A stretch of 64,000 nucleotides of DNA from contig JAWODM010000066.1 of assembly GCA_046483305.1 (NCBI GenBank), positions 1-64,000 of the forward strand. Reading direction: 5' to 3'. Both the position numbers and the translations under genes were made by a program. Below, piece by piece: positions 19,408 through 28,137 of the stretch. Under the pieces are notes generated by a model. The model ran no database searches and was not told the DNA's origin. It was given only the letters and a program-made list of their open reading frames with translations. Source of the DNA: Candidatus Krumholzibacteriales bacterium. GTDB lineage: Bacteria; Krumholzibacteriota; Krumholzibacteriia; Krumholzibacteriales; WJIX01. Every line of letters starts with the position of its first letter. Positions within the stretch are counted from its first letter, which is position 1.

Positions 19408-20829
19408 TTGCCATCAACCAGACTCCTGATAGTGGATGATGAGGAAACGATTCGAAAACAGCTGGAGTGGGCTCTCAAGGACAGTTATGGCATTACTACG
19501 GCCGGAACCGCCCCGGAGGCGGTACAGCAGGTCAAAACCTTTAAACCCGACCTTATTATTCTCGATCTGTCACTGAGTTCGGACCCTGAGAAATTTGAGG
19601 GATTCGAGGTTCTTGAATCAGCTCTCAGGATTAATCCGGAGGTAAAGATTATAGTAATCACCGGTCATGACCAGAAGGAGAACGCCCTCAAGGCGATCAG
19701 AGAGGGGGCCCATGATTTTTATACCAAACCGGTGGAGATCGAGGAACTCAGGGTCATCCTGAAACGAGCCGCTCATGTTCACCGGCTTGAACTGGAGCTG
19801 AAAAACCTGATTAAGGAAACCGGAGACAAAAATGAATTTGAAGGTATAATAGCTCTTTCTCCATCCATGCGGGAAGTGTTTGCCACCATAAAAAAGATCG
19901 CTCCCACCGATGTAACGGTGCTGATTACCGGAGAGAGCGGAACCGGAAAGGAGCTTGCCGCCCGGGCAATACACTCCAAGAGCGAACGCAGAAACAGGCC
20001 CTTCGTAACCATCAACTGCGGGGCCATCCCGGAAAATCTCCTGGAGAGCGAGCTCTTCGGCCACCGTAAAGGGAGCTTCACAGGGGCCCACGCGGACAAG
20101 ATGGGAAAATTCGAGGCTGCCGACGGCGGAACCCTGTTCCTGGATGAGATCGGGGAGCTGCCTCAGTCGCTTCAGGTAAAACTTCTCCGGTTTCTGCAGG
20201 ATCATATAATAGAAAGGGTGGGTGGAAACAAACAGATCCAGCTGGATGTAAGAATAGTAGCGGCAACCAACAGGGACCTGGACTCGATGATGGAGAAAGG
20301 CGACTTCCGGCAGGATCTCTTCTACCGTATAAACACCATCAATATTACACTGCCTCCCCTCAGGGACAGGGGTAACGACATACTCCTGCTGGCCAAATTC
20401 TTTCTTAATTACTATAACCGGTCCCTTGGCAGAAATATCACAGGGTTCAGCGATCCGGCCAGGGAAATCCTCTACAGGTACGGATGGCCCGGAAATGTGA
20501 GGGAGCTTGAAAACAGGATAAAGCGCGCTGTGATCATGTGCTCGGGAAGGACCATAGAGCAGAGCGATCTCGATCTGGAATCCGGCCGGGAAGAAGAAGG
20601 CAGTCCCGGCGGCGAAGGCATCGATAATTTCGCGGATGCTTACCAGCGTATCTCCCTCAAGGATGCCAGGAGCAGAATAGAAAAAAAGGTGATTTCAGGA
20701 GCCCTCATCAGAACTTCGGGGAATATATCGGCAGCTGCCGAGCAACTGGACGTCAGCAGGCCCACCCTCCATGACCTGATTAATAAATACGATATCAACG
20801 CGGACAGTTTTCGAAGAAAGAGCCACTGA
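19408..20829 (+). CDS. prsR: PEP-CTERM-box sigma-54 response regulator
   Basis: Receiver domain, GESGTGKE, ESELFGHRKGSFTGA, WPGNVRELEN, Fis-type HTH; follows prsK. Confidence 0.88.
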   Translation: MPSTRLLIVDDEETIRKQLEWALKDSYGITTAGTAPEAVQQVKTFKPDLIILDLSLSSDPEKFEGFEVLESALRINPEVKIIVITGHDQKENALKAIREGAHDFYTKPVEIEELRVILKRAAHVHRLELELKNLIKETGDKNEFEGIIALSPSMREVFATIKKIAPTDVTVLITGESGTGKELAARAIHSKSERRNRPFVTINCGAIPENLLESELFGHRKGSFTGAHADKMGKFEAADGGTLFLDEIGELPQSLQVKLLRFLQDHIIERVGGNKQIQLDVRIVAATNRDLDSMMEKGDFRQDLFYRINTINITLPPLRDRGNDILLLAKFFLNYYNRSLGRNITGFSDPAREILYRYGWPGNVRELENRIKRAVIMCSGRTIEQSDLDLESGREEEGSPGGEGIDNFADAYQRISLKDARSRIEKKVISGALIRTSGNISAAAEQLDVSRPTLHDLINKYDINADSFRRKSH

Positions 20830-20836
20830 AGGTATT

Positions 20837-21580
20837 ATGACCTGGAGAAATATCATCATATCATCGATTGCTCTGGCACTGGCCATTTCAGGCTGCGGTG
20901 AAGACAGCTCCACCGGCATCCCGGGAGAAGAGCCGGACACAATGGTTACAACCTTCCGGGACGGAGTCAGCCCCTTCCCCTCGTACCGGGGGACCCGCGA
21001 CGCGGTAATAAAGGATGCTCCCGCGGAAGCTCTCTGGAATCTTAACTGGGGCGGGATGGAGTCAGATACCATCGGTTCCATTCAGATAGAGAGCGGCAGG
21101 TATCAGAGGAGGCTTCTGGTAAGGATGGATATCTCTGAGATTTCCGCCTGTCAGGAAGTACTGAACGCGGAACTGACCCTGCACATAAACCCGGTAATGA
21201 GCGACAGTGTCATCTTCAGGGTCTTCCGCGCGGTGGTACCGGAGAATGTCCCCGATCACTGGACGGAGGGAGAAGATCAGGGGCAAAACAAAACCGGAGT
21301 TTCATGGCAATATGCTACCGTTGCCACTCCCTGGGACAATGAAGGCGGCGATTATCTGACGCCTTATCTGGACAGCGTATATATCGGCGGCGATTCGACC
21401 GTTACATTCAGCCTGCCCCCATCCATGGTGGAAGACTGGATCAAGAACCCCCTGTACAATGACGGGGTGTTGATAAAATCAGACTACCTGTCCGGCGGGT
21501 ATAAGATAGTCTATATGCGTGAAAATTCCCGGCCGGACCTTCGCCCGGAACTCAGGATCAGCTACCTGGGATTTGGCTGA
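20837..21580 (+). CDS. Lipoprotein with DNRLRE/CBM96-like domain
   Basis: Lipobox ISGC; RRLLVRMD, AELTLH, WTEG, PWDNEGGD, RPELRISY pattern. Confidence 0.65.
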   Translation: MTWRNIIISSIALALAISGCGEDSSTGIPGEEPDTMVTTFRDGVSPFPSYRGTRDAVIKDAPAEALWNLNWGGMESDTIGSIQIESGRYQRRLLVRMDISEISACQEVLNAELTLHINPVMSDSVIFRVFRAVVPENVPDHWTEGEDQGQNKTGVSWQYATVATPWDNEGGDYLTPYLDSVYIGGDSTVTFSLPPSMVEDWIKNPLYNDGVLIKSDYLSGGYKIVYMRENSRPDLRPELRISYLGFG

Positions 21581-21755
21581 AACTGAATCTCTGCCCCGGC
21601 GGCGCCGGGCGCCACAGAGCCGTATTCAGCAAACAGTATATGCAGATCACAACCCCGCAGCGATCGATCCCGTCCGGAATTCAGCAAAAAATCATGCCGT
21701 ATCTTCTTATGTATCAGAGGGTTAAGATTAACAGGCCCTCGTATCCTCAGCTTAA

Positions 21756-21771
21756 TGGAACACTATTTGCC
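21756..21771 (+). promoter_or_regulatory. Possible sigma-54 promoter of the FHA gene
   Basis: TGGAACACTATTTGCC, GG-N10-GC, 43 bp before ATG 21814. Confidence 0.5.
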
Positions 21772-21813
21772 AATGTATTGATATCAAATTTCCATAAAAC
21801 AGCGGGGTTTAAA

Positions 21814-22161
21814 ATGACTAACAGAAGTAAAACACTGAACAGGCGGGACCACCGGAAAAGCGGCAGAGAGAAAAACCAGGCCCGCCTGGAAATCAAGAAC
21901 GGCTGCTTTGCCGGCCTGAAAATTCCGGTCAACAGCGGGAAAACCACCATAGGCAGCGATATAAACTGCACTATCTGCCTGGACCATACCCTGGTATCGG
22001 ACGAGCACGCTCTGATAACAAAATCAGGCGGTTCCTGCCGTATCGAAGACCTCAACAGCAAGCAGGGGATATGTATCAACGGCAAGGAAGTGCATAATGC
22101 CGAACTTAAGAACAGGGACAGAATATCGATAGGAAATTTTGACCTGATATTCTACAGCTGA
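21814..22161 (+). CDS. Stand-alone FHA domain protein
   Basis: TIGSD...VSDEHA...EDLNSKQG...LKNRDRISIG; start re-called at MTNRSK. Confidence 0.8.
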   Translation: MTNRSKTLNRRDHRKSGREKNQARLEIKNGCFAGLKIPVNSGKTTIGSDINCTICLDHTLVSDEHALITKSGGSCRIEDLNSKQGICINGKEVHNAELKNRDRISIGNFDLIFYS

Positions 22162-22201
22162 TACCTGCGGCCCGGGTATCCGGGAAAAACCTTCTTAAGA
22201 A

Positions 22202-22843
22202 CTACCCCGGAACCTTTTCTGCCACCATAAGGTGTTCTTCGAACCGGATATCCTGCTGCCGGCACTGCATCCCGTATTCCCACAGGATTTCCCTGGTATC
22301 GGGGAGCATGAGCTCATTTTCCCTGTAATGGCTTCTCCCTTCTCCACTAAGAACACCCTCCAGGATCCCGAATCCCTTTTCGGTAAAATCTGCTATTACC
22401 AGTCTCCCGCCGGGAGCGGTAACTCTTGAAATTTCTGCCGCCACCCTCCTGAAATCCTTCAGGTGATGGAGCATGTTCAGCATGAGAACCGAATCGAATT
22501 CTCCGTCTTCGAAATGCAGGCTGCCGGCATCTTCCAGATAGAAATCTATCATCCCCTCCACTGATTCAGACGCCGCGTACAGGAATGATTTTCGAAGATT
22601 CTCTTCAGAAATATCCACTGTGGCCACCCTCCTTCCCCTCAACGCAAGCGCCACCGCGGCGAACCCCTGCCCGGTACCCAGGTCAAGCACAGGCTTTTCC
22701 GATTCTGGAACGTAACTGACTACAAAATCTACCGCCCTTGCCCTGTGGTGGCCGTTTTTCCGGTAAATCCGGTGCCTCTCCCGTACATACCGGCAGGCCT
22801 CCTCGATCTCACCCGGCTCGACATTATCAGGTTTCCAGATCAT
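22202..22843 (-). CDS. Class I SAM-dependent methyltransferase
   Basis: VLDLGTGQG, FDSV, LHHL, RVTAPGG. Confidence 0.9.
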   Translation of the reverse strand: MIWKPDNVEPGEIEEACRYVRERHRIYRKNGHHRARAVDFVVSYVPESEKPVLDLGTGQGFAAVALALRGRRVATVDISEENLRKSFLYAASESVEGMIDFYLEDAGSLHFEDGEFDSVLMLNMLHHLKDFRRVAAEISRVTAPGGRLVIADFTEKGFGILEGVLSGEGRSHYRENELMLPDTREILWEYGMQCRQQDIRFEEHLMVAEKVPG

Positions 22844-22899
22844 TAATGAACCTCACCTTACTCAATATGGATAAATGACCGGCTTGCGGGAGCCTTTTC

Positions 22900-24084
22900 T
22901 CACACTTTATCCAGGCCCTGCTTGAGATCTGCTATCAGTTCGTCCACATCCTCTATACCAACGGAGATCCTGACCAGGCTGTCCAGAATTCCGGCCTTTT
23001 TCCGTTCCCGGGGCGAAAGACCCGCATGGGTCATGGAGGCCGGATGCTGAATAAGCGATTCCACTCCCCCCAGGCTTACCGCAAGAGTATGGACCTTGAC
23101 CGAATTCATCAGAACCCTGCCTTCTTCCAGCCCTCCCCTGAGTATCAGGCTGATCAGGGCTCCGGGCCCCCTGGCCTGTTTTTTCTGAAGTTCATACTGG
23201 GGATGCGATTTCAGGCCGGGGTAGAGAACCTTTTCGACCTTGGGATGAGACTCCAGGTACTCAGCGATCTTCTGGGCGTTCCGGCAGTGTCTTTCCATTC
23301 TCAGGGAGAGAGTCTTTATTCCCCTGGCCACCAGAAAGGAATTGAAAGGTTCGATAGTACCTCCGAATGATGTTGCCATTGAATGAAGATAATTATAATC
23401 CTCCTCCGTCCTGGGAATAACCATGCCGGCCACCACATCGGCATGCCCATTAAGAAATTTGGTCATGGAGTGAAGCACTATGTCTGCTCCCAGTTCCAGA
23501 GGCCTCTGAAGAACAGGGCTCATGAAGGTATTATCCACGCAGAACTTGATACCTTTCCGGCGGGCAATCTCCGCTATGGCGGCAATATCGGAGACTACCA
23601 GAGTGGGATTGGCCGGTGTTTCAACATATACCAGTCTGGTTTCGGGCCTGATCGATTCTTCTACCGCGCCGGTATTCGAAGTATCCACCAGGTCGACTTC
23701 TATATCAAACTTTGTAAAAATATTAGTCAGGATCGTTGATGTGGGGCCGTATACCGCCTCGCTGCAGACTACATGGTCGCCCGCGCTCAGATATGAGCCG
23801 AAAACCAGATGCACGGCAGCCATTCCGGTAGCACACCCTATTCCGCCGTACCCCCCCTCCAGAACCGCAACGGCCTGTTCGACAGACCTGTTGGTGGGGT
23901 TACCCAGCCGGGTGTAAATATATCCATCTTCCTCACCCCGGAAAAGCCTTTCTCCGTGTTCTACATCCTTGAATGCAAAAGTAGATGTTTTGAATATCGG
24001 TGTCACTACCGCGCCCTCTTTATTCGGGATCAGGCTGGCGTGGACACATTGGGTATCTACTTTGTGCTCCCTGATATCTTCCAT
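22900..24084 (-). CDS. megL: Methionine gamma-lyase (Cys/Met PLP family)
   Basis: YIYTRLGNPT, VDNTF, HSMTKFLNGHADV, AVSLGGVESLIQHPASMTH. Confidence 0.75.
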   Translation of the reverse strand: MEDIREHKVDTQCVHASLIPNKEGAVVTPIFKTSTFAFKDVEHGERLFRGEEDGYIYTRLGNPTNRSVEQAVAVLEGGYGGIGCATGMAAVHLVFGSYLSAGDHVVCSEAVYGPTSTILTNIFTKFDIEVDLVDTSNTGAVEESIRPETRLVYVETPANPTLVVSDIAAIAEIARRKGIKFCVDNTFMSPVLQRPLELGADIVLHSMTKFLNGHADVVAGMVIPRTEEDYNYLHSMATSFGGTIEPFNSFLVARGIKTLSLRMERHCRNAQKIAEYLESHPKVEKVLYPGLKSHPQYELQKKQARGPGALISLILRGGLEEGRVLMNSVKVHTLAVSLGGVESLIQHPASMTHAGLSPRERKKAGILDSLVRISVGIEDVDELIADLKQGLDKV

Positions 24085-24217
24085 TTTTCTCGGCTCCCTT
24101 CCTTATTACTTACTTTTCAATTACATCTGAACATGACTTTCGAAAGATATTATAACCAAACCGGCATCTCTTTTCCAGTAATTGCTCCGGGGCCGGCGGT
24201 TGGCCTCTGAGAACGGC

Positions 24218-25012
24218 TCAATCCGAGAGTCTTTCGGCTATTTCCCTGAAAGCTTTTACTGTTTCGCTGCTCTCCTTATTGAGAACCAGCGGAGAACCCG
24301 CGTCGCCGGAATTTACCACGGCAGGGTCTATGGGTACCGGCCCGAGGAACGGGACACCCATATCATCAGCCATCTCCCTGCCTCCACCCGACTTGAATAT
24401 CTCTGTCTTCTCACCGCAAGAAGGGCATACAAAGCCGCTCATATTCTCTATCACGCCAAGAACCCTGAGATTAAGATGGCGGCAGAATGAAATGCACTTT
24501 CTGACATCGGAAACAGCTATGCTCTGAGGGGTTGTTACTATCACCGCGCCTTCCGCATCTCCTATCAGCTGAGCCACCGAAAGAGGCTCGTCACCGGTTC
24601 CGGGGGGAGAATCCACTATCAGATAATCGAGCTCGCCCCATTCAACATCAGCGAGAAACTGCCTGATAACGTTGTACTTCATGGGGCCTCTCCAGATTAC
24701 CGCGTCATCCCCTCCACGAAGCAGGAACCCGATCGACATGACTTTGAGGTTTTCCCTGACCTTCAGAGGTTCGATGGATTCCTCCGTGCCCTTCAGGGGA
24801 ACACCTTCCACACCCAACAGCCCGGGAATACTGGGGCCGTGTATATCGATATCAAGAAGCCCGACCTCTTTGCCTTTTTCCGCGAGTGATACCGCCAGAT
24901 TCACCGCCACGGTACTTTTGCCCACTCCACCCTTTCCTGAAAGAACAAAGATCTTATGTTTGATCCTGCTCATGCGGCTGTTCAGTTTCTCGTCATCGTT
25001 CTTTTTGTTCAT
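24218..25012 (-). CDS. mrp: Mrp/NBP35 Fe-S cluster carrier ATPase
   Basis: SGKGGVGKST, DIHGPS, VIWRGP, DSPPGTGD, ENMS..CPSC. Confidence 0.95.
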   Translation of the reverse strand: MNKKNDDEKLNSRMSRIKHKIFVLSGKGGVGKSTVAVNLAVSLAEKGKEVGLLDIDIHGPSIPGLLGVEGVPLKGTEESIEPLKVRENLKVMSIGFLLRGGDDAVIWRGPMKYNVIRQFLADVEWGELDYLIVDSPPGTGDEPLSVAQLIGDAEGAVIVTTPQSIAVSDVRKCISFCRHLNLRVLGVIENMSGFVCPSCGEKTEIFKSGGGREMADDMGVPFLGPVPIDPAVVNSGDAGSPLVLNKESSETVKAFREIAERLSD

Positions 25013-25238
25013 TTTCCCTCCCGTTCAACTCAGTTCTATTATCTGCCTGTCAATTCCGGCATCATCGCCGGCAACCTCACCTCACCCCTCCGGTGAATCA
25101 CATGGAACATTCAGGTAATAATATATATCGGGCTTCAAGAATATCCAACCATACTTTACCGGGGGCAGAAGCTCAAGAACTGCCCCCGGAATTCAATGGC
25201 GGTGAAGCGGCGGCGCCTCCCGGAGAGGCAAAAAGCCG

Positions 25239-25388
25239 CTACCGTTTCTCCGGCTGGCCGCCTCCGGAACCCCTTCCGGATCCGCTGCTCCTGCCGCCGT
25301 CCCGGCGGCGGGGACTGCCGCAGCCTCCTCTTCCCTTGCCGGTTCGGGGCCCCTTTCCCCCGGGCCCGGTTCCGTCTCTGTTCGGCAT
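25239..25388 (-). CDS. Small DUF5320-like Gly/Arg-rich protein
   Basis: MPNRDGTGPGGKGPRTGKGRGGC; AGGAGG RBS. Confidence 0.75.
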   Translation of the reverse strand: MPNRDGTGPGGKGPRTGKGRGGCGSPRRRDGGRSSGSGRGSGGGQPEKR

Positions 25389-25444
25389 GATCACCTCCTG
25401 TCGTCCTCTGAAGGAAATTCCCTCCGGCAGCATTGCCAGAATGC

Positions 25445-25792
25445 TTACTTGCCGGAATCGATTTCTTCCAGTCTCTTGTTTATCTCATCAAGGCGGCTGC
25501 TGATGTATTCCGCCTCTCTTGCGAGATACTCCTGTTCAGACTCGGCGGGGAAATTTTCCGGAGGCGGAGGCGGGTAGCCGGCATATCCTGCTCCCCAGCC
25601 CCGGCCAGAACCGTAACCTCTTCCCCATCCGAATCTTCCGCCGCGGCCCATCCCCCAGCCTCTTCCTCTTCCGAAACCGCCTCCGGGATAGGGGTTCATA
25701 TACCCGGGAAGATCATATCCCGCGCAGTAACCTGCGGCTCTTCCGGTCATCGGCCCCATTCCACGGGGTCCCGTTCTATCTCCTCCTGGCAT
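25445..25792 (-). CDS. DUF5320 family protein
   Basis: MPGGDRTGPRGMGPMTGRAAGYC, GRG repeats, C-terminal coiled coil. Confidence 0.88.
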   Translation of the reverse strand: MPGGDRTGPRGMGPMTGRAAGYCAGYDLPGYMNPYPGGGFGRGRGWGMGRGGRFGWGRGYGSGRGWGAGYAGYPPPPPENFPAESEQEYLAREAEYISSRLDEINKRLEEIDSGK

Positions 25793-25898
25793 CTCTGACT
25801 CCTTTCTTCTCAAACCAGAATCAACTTAACAATTTAATTCTCCTCAAACTACATATGTCATCCTGCCAGCCCCGATGCTCCCGCGGCTTTCTGCTGAT

Positions 25899-26414
25899 TC
25901 AACTCCATCCAGGCCCGGAACCGGCCGGTCCGTTATCCGTCTCATTCCACCTTTTTCCCTGGCGGGGATTCCCGCCCTCTGCCCGGCCCCCTCTTCTCCT
26001 GCGCCGCTGTCTTCCGCCGGCGGAGCACCTCCCCGGCATCAGAAACGCCGGTTCGTAAATGGAATTCTCGATAAAGGCGTCTATAACCTCGTCGACATCT
26101 CCGCTGATCCAGCCTATTACAGCTATTCCCCTTGAATTAATCAGCCTGATAACACGGTCTGAGATCGCTCCGCAGATCAGCACCCGGGTACCTATGTCCT
26201 GAAGCCGCCGGACTTTTCTGAACAGGCAATCTCCACCTGTCACATATCCACCGGCACCCCGCCCTGCCTGGCAGGTAACCGGAAGTTCATATTCTCTCCG
26301 GGATGCCTCTTCGCCATTCTTCAGATCGACAGCCAGCACCCTGGCCGCCGATTCAAAGACCGGTGACACTCTTTCCCTCCATACTGTTATCACAACTCTC
26401 TCCATATCCATCAT
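25899..26414 (-). CDS. NifB/NifX (IssA/ORP-like) family protein
   Basis: RVSPVFESA, VLICGAIS, MPGRC...RRRRRGG tail. Confidence 0.8.
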   Translation of the reverse strand: MMDMERVVITVWRERVSPVFESAARVLAVDLKNGEEASRREYELPVTCQAGRGAGGYVTGGDCLFRKVRRLQDIGTRVLICGAISDRVIRLINSRGIAVIGWISGDVDEVIDAFIENSIYEPAFLMPGRCSAGGRQRRRRRGGRAEGGNPRQGKRWNETDNGPAGSGPGWS

Positions 26415-26428
26415 TACCGTATATATAA

Positions 26429-26444
26429 GGCATTTTATATACCG
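26429..26444 (-). promoter_or_regulatory. Possible sigma-54 promoter of the NifX-like operon
   Basis: Minus strand CGGTATATAAAATGCC, GG-N10-GC. Confidence 0.55.
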
Positions 26445-26543
26445 GTATGGACCATAAGCAGAATAATATGGTTATCTTGCTGCCATACAGCAAGTTATCT
26501 CATTGATAAAATAACGTGAAGGTTGAATCGCGCCAGCTACTAC

Positions 26544-26591
26544 TGCATATATGCAACCATATTAGTTGGCTTAATAATGCATATACGCAAC
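26544..26591. promoter_or_regulatory. Tandem candidate enhancer sites
   Basis: TGCATATATGCAAC (26544) and TGCATATACGCAAC (26578); related site at 28068. Confidence 0.6.
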
Positions 26592-26621
26592 TATAGGATA
26601 AGCCCGGATCGGCCCGGAATA

Positions 26622-27980
26622 TCATTCTCCGCCGCTCTTTTCAGGCGAACTGCGGCCGTCCACCGGGGGGAGTTCTAGATCGAGCCGATTGATTTTTCTC
26701 CAGAGGGTAGTCTTGTGCACCCCAAGTTCCCGGGCTGCTCTGGTTCTGTTCCAGTCATTTCTTCTGAGGACATTTTTAATGAATTCAGCCTCGATCTGCT
26801 CCAGCCCTCCGCCGGCCCCGATATCCGCTTCTTTTTCAGCTTCCCGGAGATTCCCGGGCAGGTGAGCTGGCTCGATTATATCTCCGCGGCATAGCACGAA
26901 AGCATGTTCGATGATATTCTCAAGCTCTCTGACATTGCCGGGGAAGTCATGAGCCATCAGGATCGAGAGCACCTCCGGTGAAAGATCACGTATGTTCTTA
27001 TTTCTGAGCCTGTTAAACCGGTCTATAAAATGTCCTGCCAGAAGCGGGATATCGTCTCTTCTCTCCCTGAGAGGCGGAATATGAATCCGGACGACATTTA
27101 TGCGATAGTACAGATCCTTCCTGAACTTCCCCTCCGAAACAAGCTGTCTCAGGCTGGTGTTGGTGGCCGCGATGACCCGCGCATCCGAATGTACCGGTTC
27201 ATTACTGCCCAGAGGCTCATAAATTCCGTCCTGAAGAACGCGGAGAAGGCGCACCTGCATCGCGGGCGAGATCTCCCCTATTTCGTCAAGAAAGATGGTT
27301 CCGCCCTCCGCGAGGGCGAACCTCCCCGGCTTGTCCCTTGCCGCGTCGGTAAATGCGCCCTTCCTGTAGCCGAACAGCTCAGATTCCAGAAGCGTATCCG
27401 GCAGAGCTCCGCAGTTTACCGTTACCATCCTTCCCTCCCGGCCCGGGCTGAGGCTGTGAATGGCCCGGGCGAAAAGTTCCTTCCCCGTCCCGCTTTCTCC
27501 CTCTATAAGAACAGTGCTTCCGCTCCCGGCTATATCCGGCAGGATATCGAAAAGCTCCTGCATACGGTGGTTCTTGCTCACAATGTCTTCGAAACTGTAA
27601 CTCCTGGCTAGTTTTTTCCTCAGCTCGAACTCAGTAGAAATATCCCTGAAGGTTTCTACGCCCCCTGTTACCTTACCGTCTTTGTCCCTCAGCAGGGCAG
27701 TGGATACCGCCACTCTGAGCGTTTTGCCGTCGGACCTGATTATCTTCACCGTTTCATTGGAAATCGGCTGTCCGGTATTCATGGTCCTCTTCATAACACA
27801 GTCGCCTTCGCATATGTCCGCCTTGAATATTTCCGCGCAGAACCTCCCCATGGCTTCCTCAGCCGGTATCCCGGTAATCCTCTCCGCGGCGGCGTTGAAG
27901 TAGGTTATCCTCCAATCCAGGTCAACCGTGAAAACCCCGTCCACGATACTGTTAAGTATTATCTCGTTTTTACTCTGCAT
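26622..27980 (-). CDS. PAS-domain sigma-54 activator (OrpR-like)
   Basis: PAS with C-x8-C-x3-C, GESGTGKE, GAFTDA, FPGNVRELEN, HTH. Confidence 0.9.
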   Translation of the reverse strand: MQSKNEIILNSIVDGVFTVDLDWRITYFNAAAERITGIPAEEAMGRFCAEIFKADICEGDCVMKRTMNTGQPISNETVKIIRSDGKTLRVAVSTALLRDKDGKVTGGVETFRDISTEFELRKKLARSYSFEDIVSKNHRMQELFDILPDIAGSGSTVLIEGESGTGKELFARAIHSLSPGREGRMVTVNCGALPDTLLESELFGYRKGAFTDAARDKPGRFALAEGGTIFLDEIGEISPAMQVRLLRVLQDGIYEPLGSNEPVHSDARVIAATNTSLRQLVSEGKFRKDLYYRINVVRIHIPPLRERRDDIPLLAGHFIDRFNRLRNKNIRDLSPEVLSILMAHDFPGNVRELENIIEHAFVLCRGDIIEPAHLPGNLREAEKEADIGAGGGLEQIEAEFIKNVLRRNDWNRTRAARELGVHKTTLWRKINRLDLELPPVDGRSSPEKSGGE

Positions 27981-28067
27981 GACACACCGGGGGCCGAAAC
28001 GATCGATAGTAATTGATCCTCTGTCCTCTTGATTATAACTGCTGATGGAGGTTCAGGCAAGGATAAC

Positions 28068-28083
28068 GTTGCATTTATGCTAC
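28068..28083. promoter_or_regulatory. Palindromic site upstream of the activator (possible autoregulation)
   Basis: GTTGCATTTATGCTAC resembles the 26544 and 26578 sites. Confidence 0.5.
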
Positions 28084-28137
28084 CATATAGATTGGGAAAT
28101 TCGTCTCCGGCTCAATACGCCGACCCGGCTCCGCCGC

